Shown here in pieces: positions 1 to 11,360 of a stretch of 52,250 nucleotides of DNA (its first letter is position 1; each line of letters begins with the position of its first letter). The position numbers and the translations under genes were made by a program. The notes beneath the pieces are model-generated. The model was not told the origin of the DNA, did not search any database, and worked only from the letters and a program-made list of their open reading frames with translations. The stretch lies in the NCBI GenBank assembly GCA_002633005.1, contig NMRA01000783.1:1-52250 (forward strand), in the 5' to 3' direction. The stretch is from Phoronis australis (lineage: Eukaryota; Animalia; Phoronida).

Positions 1-145
1 TGAATTAAGAGCTCAGTTTTAGTTATATTATTATAAAACATAAGTCAAAAGAGGAGTTCATAATAAAGATAAAATGGTAGAAAAATATAAAAACTGTGAG
101 TAAAGAACAAAAAAATGCCTAAAAGATTTACCAACTCAGTTGAGT

Positions 146-304
146 ACAGGCAGATCCAGGGTGGCAGGTTAAAGGGGTCTGGACCCCCCATTTTCCTTGA
201 TTGTAGTGATATCAATGCTAGAATTTTCAAATTGTTGACTTGGGCCAACTTTCTTAAAAAATCATTATCCGACCCCCCTTTCAAAAATCCTGGATATGAC
301 CCTG
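146..304. mobile_element. Short MITE-like repeat
   Basis: Begins caggcagatccagg and ends cctggatatgaccctg (imperfect terminal inverted repeat), with internal gggg/cccc runs. Confidence 0.45.
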
Positions 305-3300
305 TTGGGTCGATATTTGGGACAGTTTCATGTAAATGGGCACAGACACAACTGCTTGAATCTAGAACATCTTTAAGATGTGAATTTTCGAAAGAAAGAT
401 CTACTAATTTCTCCATTTTATTTTAAAACAAAGTTTGTGTGTTAAAAGCTTGCATGATTAATTGTTAATTAATGGATATTAACACCTGGAATATTGGGGG
501 AAGAAAGCTATCTCTGCCCTCAACCTTTCAATTGGTTGAGGGGCAGCCCCCACACCTATCTCTTCTTCAGCAGATCCATTTGATGTTTATTACATTCCTG
601 AACCCCCTGGACAAAATCCTACAGCTTCGGTACCTGCACATTCTCCAATAACCCACTTTCATCAGCTCAGCTCTTATTACTGAGTCTCCCTCTTGCTTAT
701 GATTTATTTCTCGTAATTTATATTACCTTTGCTGCCCAAATTTTTTCTTGGTTTACTCTATATTTTGCCTATGTGTATTTTTCCATTACAGTGCTCGTGT
801 TTTTTGTTTTCATTATTTTAAACAAAGACACTTCACTGACAATTTTGAATTTGGCAAACTAAGATCGGCCATAGTGAATGCCTTGCGTACTTCGTTGGCC
901 CACACACACCCGCTAGGTGTCGCCACGGTCCATGACACAATAATGGCGGCGGCCTTGGTGAATAGTCTTGTTAGCGTCTTTGNNNNNNNNNNNNNNNNNN
1001 NNNNNNNNNNNNNNNNNNNNNNNNNNNNNNNNNNNNNNNNNNNNNNNNNNNNNNNNNNNNNNNNNNNNNNNNNNNNNNNNNNNNNNNNNNNNNNNNNNNN
1101 NNNNNNNNNNNNNNNNNNNNNNNNNNNNNNNNNNNNNNNNNNNNNNNNNNNNNNNNNNNNNNNNNNNNNNNNNNNNNNNNNNNNNNNNNNNNNNNNNNNN
1201 NNNNNNNNNNNNNNNNNNNNNNNNNNNNNNNNNNNNNNNNNNNNNNNNNNNNNNNNNNNNNNNNNNNNNNNNNNNNNNNNNNNNNNNNNNNNNNNNNNNN
1301 NNNNNNNNNNNNNNNNNNNNNNNNNNNNNNNNNNNNNNNNNNNNNNNNNNNNNNNNNNNNNNNNNNNNNNNNNNNNNNNNNNNNNNNNNNNNNNNNNNNN
1401 NNNNNNNNNNNNNNNNNNNNNNNNNNNNNNNNNNNNNNNNCATTACCAGCAATATTGAAACCGTGAATTGCGCATGCGCGAAAATCACTCAGTTAGCCCC
1501 CTTCAGAATACATGGGATTCGCAGAAAACACAGCGTGAGGGTCTTATTTATGAATCAATCACATTTGCCGATAGCACATAACATAGATAAGTATTTTGTT
1601 AAAAACGTGGCCAAGTTTCAGCAAAATTGGAAAAAATTTTATGTTTAACATGGTATGGCCAAAGTTTTGGCTTATTTTGTCGCTTCGATCAGTGGAATCG
1701 CCGCTAAAAACCCGAAAGTGCATGTGAGAAAACGATAATTTTCGACCAAGCCTTTCATGTGCGGTTAGTTGCCGATAGACCCAACAGATGTCAGTATAAT
1801 CAAGATTGAAATGTAGAATTTTGAAGAAAATTAGACAAAATTTTGTATTTAACATGGGGTCGCCGAAAATTGCCAATTTTGGCCTTTTGATATCAGTCAT
1901 AGACTATCATATATAGTGGGTCTAGTTAATTCGAAGTTTTTGGTTAAATCACTGATAATATTCACACCAGTATACTAATAAACGTTTTCTCTATATATAA
2001 AAGTTTGATTCCAATGCTTTAAGTAGTGCGTACAAGAGGGATTAGCCCTTGACCGGCCCGGCCCATAGTATGGGAGCTAAGAATTCAGCTCTAGGCCAAA
2101 GCAGCTATGTGTGGAAAACTCAGTCACGGCTGAGGTGTTTACGATCCACTTCAGAGAAAAAAACCTCGTTGTACCTAACAATAATTTGTTTCCGAGTACT
2201 TCGGGCATGGTTTAAAATTGAAAGGGTCATTACAAGTTGAATTTATGAGAATTGTATTGTTGCATTGCGAACTGAAAACTAGTCGATTGGCGGGTAGTGC
2301 GAGATAAGGCAACGAGTAAGGACAGCTTTGATTTGCTTACGAGTAGTGACTCATGATATTGGCCAGACATCTCTAATGATATGTTTTGTCTTTCCTTTTC
2401 AGCGGAATATATTTGAACTTTGGTAATTTTGGGCTACAAAATGTAGAACAACCTTCCTGGGTGCTTCTCTCCAGTAGACACGCGGAGAGTGAAGCGCTAA
2501 CTGGTCCATAAGCGATGACCTAGTTTATGCAGAGAACCTGGCGGATGACCTAGTTTACGAATTGCTGGTAATGTACCACATCTTGATATTGATATTTAAC
2601 TGCAAATAAAACAACTTCAAGGCGATTGTCCGTTTTTCATCTTGCTATGGCCAAATGTGATAAAACTTCCAAGGCTATTCCATTTGCAACGTCTCACAAC
2701 TCACGCGATGCTGTCGACTAGACATATCACCTATACATCTATAAAGAAGATTTTTTCAATTGAACATACACATTAACAATTTTCAGAAACACAAAAAAGG
2801 ATTATCTATTTAGAAATCATACAGCATGTTTATCATCACCAGTCTTGTGTTGATCACCAGAAATTTGAAAAAGGTATCGTAATAGTAGGGTTAATTTAAG
2901 TACATGTAAATGGTCGTCTTGTGGATTTTATTTGCCGCATTGCAAGTAGTATGTCAAGCCAAAGAAATTGGACTGCCTAAATAAACCCAAGGGTACTCTT
3001 AAGAGGATTCAGCACATGACAATGCTTTACTGTGGATAATCATATCTGCATATTAGGGGTATTTCTTACTTTAAAAAGACAGTAGAACCCCAAGTTTTTA
3101 GACTTAGGTGACCAAATTTATTCTTAACCAAGGGTCTTTTTAATGAAAATGAATTATTGACCTAAGACAGAAATTTCGCCTGACGTCCCGATTTCAAAAT
3201 AGCTGAAAACAGATTTTGCCATCACAGTCCAGAACTGAAATAATTCATAGGCATTATCTTAGAAAACAGTCGTTAATTATTTTTTTCTAAATTAGTTGTG

Positions 3301-3402
3301 TGGAGTGTAAGACCACGTTTCTAGCTTATACTGTATCTTTGAAGTCACTGTCCATGACACAAACCCCTGTTGCTAGTCATCCACTCGTTCAGGCATTGTA
3401 TG

Positions 3403-3439
3403 TCAATTCAGGCTCATGTTAATGCCTGGGTGGTTTTTA
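3403..3439 (-). CDS. Putative terminal exon (short cytoplasmic tail) of the same membrane protein
   Basis: Pyrimidine-rich acceptor tttttgttttag. Phase-2 continuation gives (S)KNHPGINMSLN* with TGA at 3403-3405. AATAAA lies downstream on the minus strand near 3117. Confidence 0.5.
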
Positions 3440-3787
3440 CTAAAACAAAAATGCAACATGTGTGCATACATGACCACATAAGATTTTAAAACCTTTATTT
3501 TTGGTTGATCAATCAAACCATGACAAATGACAATGAGTCGCCGACCGGTCTTCTGGTGATATTTGCCCAGACTAGCAATAAAGCATCGTCTCTGCATCAC
3601 AGATGGAAACACCAGAAACAAATGATGCAGTGCAATTAGTCTTATTAAAGTTATTGTTAAGAGAATGAAGTCAGTCCTGTAGTCGGCTGTGCAGTCGCTA
3701 CCGGTCTCTTAAAACTCAGCAGATCACTTGACTATTTTTACTACTTGCCGCCAACTCAACATAATGACATAATGTAAAGGTACCAAC

Positions 3788-3908
3788 CTCAATTTGTTTT
3801 TTCGCTTGAATTTCACTGTAAATACTACAACTATGCCGATCACCAATAGCAAACCGAGTATAATTAGCAGTATCGACCACCATGGAAAACCATCAACCCT
3901 AGGCAAGT
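3788..3908 (-). CDS. Transmembrane exon of a type I membrane protein
   Basis: tttttacag acceptor, gttggt donor, 121 bp, phase 1 to 2: (D)LPRVDGFPWWSILLIILGLLLVIGIVVVFTVKFKRKNKL, a single TM helix followed by a basic stop-transfer segment. In frame with 4045-4156 across a 136-bp intron. Confidence 0.75.
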
Positions 3909-4044
3909 CTGTAAAAAATGGAAACAAAACTTCGTAAATTCCTATTGTAACGCATACCTATAAATGTTTTTCGTGAACCTAAGCTGCATAGTGTTATATT
4001 ATGAATTTACTTTCTGTAGAAAATAGGAAACAAGTTAGACAAAC

Positions 4045-4156
4045 CTGTTAAGAACCATCCATTCTGCTTCTGGTCAGGATCACATATCAGTGTGGAATTA
4101 CGTGGATTTTTCTCTTTCTTGTGAAAACACGTTCCATCGATAAAACATGTCGACAT
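4045..4156 (-). CDS. Exon with Cys motif of a VWDE-like membrane protein (juxtamembrane module)
   Basis: ggcag|ATG...ACAG|gtttgt, 112 bp: MSTCFIDGTCFHKKEKNPRNSTLICDPDQKQNGWFLT. Resembles the C-x-IDG-x-C...NP...C-DP...W module I recall from the C-terminus of invertebrate VWD/EGF (VWDE-like) proteins. Ends in phase 1, matching the next exon. Confidence 0.65.
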
Positions 4157-4479
4157 CTGCCAATTGTGAAATACTGAATATAATGAGCATTGTGTAAAGT
4201 TATACGGATACGCAGTTTCTTTTTAACGTGTTAGAACCGTGCATTCACCAACAAAGAGTGAAAAAATTTCACTCAAGTAGTATCGTACATGTAAAAGTAC
4301 TCCCGTCCGTGTAAAAGTAATTTTGTACATTTAAAAGTAGCCAATAGGCATCAGATGCAGGAGCGGTGCAGCACTGAAATAAGTGGGCACTATTATGGTG
4401 CTCCACGCATGTTTCTTTAAAACCAATTGGACTCATAATCTAAAATTCCCAGTCTATGACATGGCCGGTATCTAGAGAA

Positions 4480-4613
4480 TGTGAAACCCCTTCCCGACCT
4501 CCCCCATTCGGTATTACGCGCCTCTACAGACGAGCTTTGCCCGATTGCCAAACTTGTCTACGAGACAAAGTGTTCAATTGCCCTCCGCTTATGATATCCT
4601 AGATCCGCCACTG
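4480..4613. repeat. Dispersed MITE-like repeat, copy 1 (ends gatccgccactg)
   Basis: aaccccttcccgacctcccccattcgg...tacgagacaaa...tatgatatcctagatccg is also present at about 24965-25082. Confidence 0.55.
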
Positions 4614-5250
4614 TGGGGGGTTGTATTTTTCGGCCTTTTTGTATATGGACTTGGTGTTTTTTAAAGGCATTTTAGACAAATCAAACATGTTGCCACGTAG
4701 TGTTAGAATGTACATGTACATGTAGAACCAGTTTTAATTGCAAATGATATTAGTACACTTTTTCAAAACAATTTGACGGAACTCCGTGGAAACAAGTTAC
4801 GTGGAGAGTAAAGTTTTGTTATTCCATTTTCTCTGAGACATACAAGAAGCTAAAATGAATTTTTGGTCAATATTTATCAAATTGTCGAAGTTTAAAGTCG
4901 AGCCCTTAATTGCTCATCATTCGTCCATTGCAATGTTACAGTATTACTAGCAGTCAATGATACAATAAATATTGTTTGAAAAGCTTAAATTAAGTTTAAG
5001 CATGGATTAGAGACAACAAATTCCCAACTCCGACATTTTCTTGCGAAATATCCTAGAAGAGGCGCCACTCTCCTAAATTACCAATTTCAGTTTACGGTTA
5101 GTGTATTGTGACGGGAAATTCAGGCGTCTATTTTACTGTCTAGTATATTGAAACGGTGTTCAAAGTCTTCCAATAGTGGAACTGTTGGAATCGTGAATAA
5201 TTTTGGCAATGTTACAGGTCATGTAATTGCAAAGTTCCAACTTCAGTGCT

Positions 5251-5532
5251 GTGGAAACTTAGTCCTTTACATTTCGCCTGTGTGGCCGAACACCCTACAC
5301 CACAACAGCCGGCCTTGATTAGCACACGACGCACTTGCCGGAAGTGTTTACTTTTATATAAGGGGCTGTTGATGAAAAAATAAAGATGCACAGAACGAAA
5401 ACGAAGTGATAATTTAGAAAACTGTAACAGAATTTTTAGACATTTTATTGTGAACGTTCAAAATTTGAGCACGATACTATGGCTATGTTTTAGAAGATGT
5501 ATAGACTTGTCAAAAAGGTCCAATTACCTTAA
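5251..5532 (-). mobile_element. THAP-domain remnant near a TTAA-bounded, Kolobok-like end
   Basis: 5251-5310 minus translates GCCGVGCSATQAKCKGLSFH (THAP N-terminal C-x4-C...LSFH). About 220 bp upstream the minus strand reads TTAAGGTAATTGGACC. Confidence 0.45.
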
Positions 5533-6332
5533 TGAAATATTGGTACNAAAGATTTTTAATCTGCGAATTCAGTTTCCTTAGCAAGAAAGTGTAAATATTT
5601 TACTACAGTTTTTACCCATTGTAGCTCTGAAGGTCCATTTTTCCCACGGCGTGTGATTTCGTAAAATGATCTTAGAGTTTTTAATAAGTTTCCCGATTCT
5701 CGCTAATTATTTCGCTTGCTGGAGCTTTCCTAAACCGATTTTGAAAATTTCCCTTTTTCCGAATCCTATGAACTGAATTTCCTGGAAAAAACAAGGTTTC
5801 CAATTTCTGTGTTTTCTTTTAGTGTACATTTTTGTAAGACTTTTCTTGAAAGATGCGTTTGATGATGTAGGAACGCTATTTCACACAGGACACCTTTTTT
5901 CTCCGGGATCATCGCCTTCAGTCATACACTCCAGGTGGGCGTCGATTATTTTAACTTATTACGTACCACAACAAATGATAATGCCTTATTGGGAATATAC
6001 CCAACCGAGTATGTTTACCCATTCGAGTATTTCTAACATATTCTTGAAGGAAATTCAGTACAAGCGAAAAAGAACACTCAGATCCGAGTGACGACGAAGA
6101 GCGTCTTAACCGCGACGGGCCTAAGGTCGGGCGACGCCCAGGCCAGGAAATGAAATTCAGAAATATTTTAATCTTATGAATCAATTATAAGTATATAGTC
6201 TACAGAATGTCACTTTTTTGAAAGAGCTTTTTACTAATTTGCCTTTCAACAGAGGACTCCCCGTACAGTCCGGATGCACTCCACGGCAGCAGGGGCACGA
6301 TCCTACCTAGCTAACGGGATTCCTCCCCGCAA

Positions 6333-6369
6333 GTAGAGAGAAAGAGACAGAGAGAGAGCGAGACAGAGG
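6333..6369. repeat. (GA)n-rich microsatellite
   Basis: agagagaaagagacagagagagagcgagacagaggg. Confidence 0.7.
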
Positions 6370-9300
6370 GTGACAGGTTTATTAACATAAGTAATATTAG
6401 CTCATAATACATTTTACAGAGTACAATAAAACAAACAAAAGCATGATCACAACCCGCAAAGTATTGGCCATACCTGCGCAAGCCTACTGACCGGCGACTG
6501 AATTGAAGTAAATCTAATTATAATTCATTTACCAAATGTCTAACATAACAATGGCAATTGACTAAAATCGTTACATTATCACACACGTAGTGAATTTATA
6601 TTTTTAGGCTTATTTTACAGCTGTGCTTTGCCGTNAAATTTAGTTAGACATATCTTTACTTACTATTCTGCAAGATTTAGCAGTGTTCACCAAATTTCAG
6701 CCTCGCAGTTGTTACTCATTAAGTGATAAATGTGCTCACAATTCCCGTTGGACTTCGTCTCATTTCTGGCGGCACCTACAATGTCGACTTTGCCGAACTG
6801 AAAGGCACGTTCAATCGGCCACTTTGTAATTTGTGAAGATTTAACGTTGATACATTTTGACAAACGTTGCTACAAAAAAGAAACTTTGTTCAATTTTCGT
6901 GTTTTTGTGTTTGTGGCCAGCGACCAGTTAGGCCTAATGGTAGTCAAGGCGCAAAGCTGTATAGGCCTACTAACAAGCTGTATTTTGACTATAGTCTTCA
7001 CTGGTACCTGGTGACTGAGGCTAACTAAGGTCTGCCGCGGCAGTATGACACAGGACTAACCAGCCCGTAATTTCATGCAAGTGTCTGAAACTACCCTTGA
7101 ATATATGCAGCGTTTATCATTTGACCATTTTACTTCGACAAAACAGCTTGCAACCGCATGCATTTACCCTTCGCCAGTGTCTGGTCTCGATCCGCACCGG
7201 GTCCGATAGGCTGCGGTCCCGAGTCTGGCAAAATAATTTCTGTCAAAATTTATTCGCCACATTTCTTCAGCAAATTCAATAAAATTGTCCGTAGTTTGAT
7301 TTTATCAAAATTAAGTCGCGCTGTCGATTTTTTTATCCCCAATTGCTGGCTGGTAACAGTACAGGCACTGCTCCAGTCGCACTGACGGCGTTTTCTTGGC
7401 CTGGGTTCCTGAATGAATTGTACTTCCGGGTTCGCGGCAAGTTCAAAATGGCGGTGTTTCTTCGGGTGCGAATTGTGAGTGGCGCGTTCATTTAAACTGT
7501 TTTTGAGTACGGATCGTGTATTAGTTATGGGGTAGGTACTTCTTGGATCCTTATAACATCTTCTAACCATGTAATAAGGGTTAACAACGCGTGAGAGAAG
7601 GACTTTAAGCTGAGCAAATCGTACATGGCTCACACACACGACACCTGGGACCTGTAAAAGTGGCCAACAAACTCTTCGCTGCCGTTTGTGAATAGATGAG
7701 AGTCCATGAGCCGTGATTCAATGTGTGTGACCTGCCATGTTTTGTGGGAGTAAACCGAAGAAGGACTTTAAACGCGAACTACGACACGAACCTCGGGGAT
7801 CGGACAATTTTCAAAATTTCTGAAACAATGTCAGTAACCTCAAAGTTTGAGTTGAAGCGTCTTCAAGTACTTTTCAGTTGTTTTCTACATTTACTTGTTA
7901 AAAATTGGCAATAATAAAACGTAACTATATTATGCTAACTTTGTTATTTGATTTTTATCGCCGAATCTTGTGCAACTTGTCTGTGGGCGAATTTCAACAT
8001 AATCTATAGTCTCAACACAATGTCCACCAACTTTCAAGCAAATGATAAGCGTTAACATAAGAACGGAAAATTACATACTTGCAACACCTTTATAGAAACC
8101 CATACTTGCTTCGTGCAAATTATTAGTAAAGGCAGCTGAATAATCTCAAAATAGAATCCAGCAACCACACTATTTTCTCCAGATAAACAATGTTTGACAG
8201 AAAGTGGTGGATTGTCGGTCCACGGGTGTCCTGCCGAGTCCCGAGGTTCCTGTTCGTGTTTTTAGGGCTGGTTAGCTGTTTTGAAGGTGCAGACTTTGTT
8301 TTCGATATGTGTTTTACACTGTGGTACCAGTTACGAATGGAACGCCAGGAATTCCATATTGTTTTTTGTTATGAAAGTGAAAATCTCAGTAAAAAAGCAT
8401 GGCACAATGTGCAGATGAAAGCAATTTAAAAGCAACCACGTAACACGTTTCATGATAGATCTGATTTTGTTTATATCGACAAAGAATTTCTCATAAAATC
8501 GCACATTTAAATCGTCGCAGGTTTCAATGGTTTCTTGTAAAAAGGAGCGGTTTGGGCGACTTTGTTTACATGTTGAAAGAAAACAACTTCTTGAATGCAC
8601 ATATAATGGTGTACAAAGCAACCGGTCAAAACGGCAATTTAGTTATAACTCGGTTTATGCTCATTTAAGTGTCTGAAATTTTTAATGCAACACTGAATAA
8701 AATGACGCCTAAGCTTGAATCCCAATCAATTGTTGGACGGTTGTCGAAGATATAAATCAGTAGATGACAGCTATACACGTGGTGATTATATGCAGGCAAA
8801 ATGAAGACATTTGAAAGATCTCACGGTTACATACAATAGTGAACCCGAACTCCCATCAAGCCACTTAAAAATAGTCTCACATAATGCTGGTTGTCTGTCT
8901 TCACTAATCGACTTTCAACCGTTGCAATCGTATACGGTCGTACATGTAGGTAAGTTAAATTTACAAAAGGTTCAACCGTAGCATGGAAAGGTTTGAGAAG
9001 TATGATTATATGTGGTTAGGAGATATGTTTAGCTAAACTGATTTACTGTTAAACGAATGTTAACACGAAATCAAACATTTTGAGGTTTACCTCTCGTAGC
9101 AAGATTGGCCCGTTTCACATAATTTATGACCTTGCACTTCCTTTCAAAGGCAGAAACGCTGACGAGGCATTAGGGCAATTTTGAGACCCAGATTTTGTAT
9201 GAGATTTTAAACCTATCCGGGTACATTTTAAAGTGCTAGTCCTGGGACTTCCAGAAATTCCAAAAGTATCAGCTTTCGACATGACAATGAAACTTATTAA

Positions 9301-9814
9301 AAAGCAAGCAAGGGAAGATTTGATTTGGAACAATTTTGTGCAAAAACACGAAAAAAAGAGCAAGTAGTGCCAGCCCAAACCGAAGACATACTGTATAGAA
9401 AATCCAGAACAACACGTTCAAAAACCCAAATTCAGGCCAAGAAACATATTTCTTTGAGCATTACTGCGCCAGTTAATACCGATAATGTGCACAACGGCGC
9501 AGTTCGTAAAAATACAAATTGTCTTCGACGTCACATAGCATCAGGAACCGTGCTGCATATTACCGCCAATGATCTCGAATGTGCATCGGAGAAAATGAGC
9601 ATGCAGGTACAGCGTTCTTTACTTAAACTGTATGTATCAAGGTATCGTATTGGTCGTATCATATCGAGAAATTCTGCACAGTTCAAGCGACAGGCAAAAC
9701 AGGACTAAGCTTAAATACGAAACAACAAATTAAATACTTTTCAGCAAAATTCTAGTCACCAATCACGGTGACGCGCCCGTAAATACCTCACGCCCCGAAA
9801 ATGCCTTTGCCATC

Positions 9815-10036
9815 CTTACTTTTCTAAATCTTTAGGAAACGTAAAAATGACAAATCTGAGGTTTGTTGTGGATGAATCAGTGCAATTTATCGCACTGTAA
9901 AAATATGCGCCGTTCCCCATTGTTCTCATGTTTCCTACTTGACAACTGCTTATTCACTGCTAGGGGCGCTAGTACATGTAGTAGCGATAACAGCGAACCC
10001 GCAAGTGAACTCTCCTATTATATTCTATACTCCTTG
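9815..10036 (-). mobile_element. THAP first-exon remnant with a P-element-like end
   Basis: 9820-9920 minus translates MGNGAYFYSAINCTDSSTTNLRFVIFTFPKDLE, followed by a gtaag donor (THAP C-SA-NC...F-FPKD, first Cys lost). The element end reads CAAGGAGTATAGAATA, with an agcgccccta motif inside. Confidence 0.55.
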
Positions 10037-10251
10037 ATCAAACTCTACGTCCCAATGGCAGATTTTGGGCCTTCGTCGCAACGTTTCGCGACAGCTATGG
10101 ACAATTGAATCGAGCTGGTACCCAAGAAGTTGCCACCTGGTATGGAGCATGTTCAGCGCCGCTGTGTGTTGGGATGAGTACATAGCTGGAATACAGAGAC
10201 GGGGAGGGGGAGGGGAGGAGTGATCGAAACCAGCGACCCTTAAGAACGATT

Positions 10252-10857
10252 GAACGCGTTCTCGCTGGTTCCCTGCGTGCCGCTAGGTGGGGCGGTAGCA
10301 GCGCCAGCACGCAGGTATCACTTAATTTTCCTCGGTAAATTTTTTTTACACCGGCGTTTCTGATTGGCTAGTCAAATTCTCAACAGGCAGCGCTTTACGC
10401 AAACAAACCGGTATGACTGATGGACTGAAGTGTAAATGGGGTCTGTTGTGCAGACAAATCGGGTGATTAAAATTTATGTTCAGGAAATGTGAAGCCTAGA
10501 AATTTTAATTGCGCCTTTTCGAGATGCATCTTTCTACTGTCGATGACTTTTGTTTACGATAGTGTCCTGTATTCATACAGTATGAATAACACACCGGTTA
10601 AATCGGCAAGATATGTGTTTATTGTACATGTATTTGCTTCAAGTACGCGGCTATTAAACAGAAACGAAATAGTTTCTGCGACGCCACTTGCATGACAAGG
10701 CTAAAAATCGTTCCCAGCCCGCCATTTTTTCACGTTGTTGTGAAGCTAACCAATGACTGCCGAGGTTACATCGACCAATGCTAAAGCGCGTGCCACTGCG
10801 TGATACCTGCGTGCTGGCTGGGCTAAGCACGCGGGGAACCAGCGAGGAACGCGTTTG
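10252..10857. mobile_element. Foldback/MITE-like element with about 60-bp GC-rich inverted arms
   Basis: aacgcgttctcgctggttccctgcgtgc...ccagcacgcaggtatcac (10252-10321) is the reverse complement of gtgatacctgcgtgctgg...gcacgcggggaaccagcgaggaacgcgtt (10800-10857). Confidence 0.7.
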
Positions 10858-11137
10858 TTAATCCGCCTGGTGGTGAACTCTGCTAGTCGTTCAGGGAGCT
10901 GGTACAATGTAAATGTCAGCATTCGCATTTTCGGCTCACAAACGTTCTACGTAAACGAAAGCAGACTATTGTATGTTAGGTGATCTCGGGCCACTTGCAG
11001 TGCAGATTTAGGCAGAATGACCCTGAAATAGTACTTGCACGATTACAATGAAGCACATAGTTCACCTCGCGGTCAATTGAACAAAGGTCAAAATAAACAG
11101 GCCAGATTAAAATAAAGTCATCTGCCTGACCGGTCGT

Positions 11138-11360
11138 AAATACACAAAATGTACCTCGATTGGCGTACACGAAGTAATATCCCACGAGACCTTATTCCGC
11201 GTATCGAGTCGAGTGGGATACTTCATGTACGCCAATCGAGGAACGTTTTGTATTTATCCCATGGGCTTTGAATTTCTAAATTTCTTTCAGATTTTTTAAA
11301 TACTTCACTCAGACTGTTCACATGGCGGATCACATCCTATATGTATGTACTTGCACGTTA
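11138..11360. repeat. Hairpin-containing dispersed repeat, copy 1
   Basis: Inverted arms aaatacacaaaatgtacctcgattggcgtacacgaagt / acttcatgtacgccaatcgaggaacgttttgtattt. The following cagattttttaaatacttcac.cagactgtt...ggcggatcacatcc block recurs at about 15720-15772. Confidence 0.7.

Noticed and set aside
748-1648. Long ORFs in the ORF track here and at 34233-35076 and 47216-48355
   Set aside because: Artefacts of reading through N gaps.
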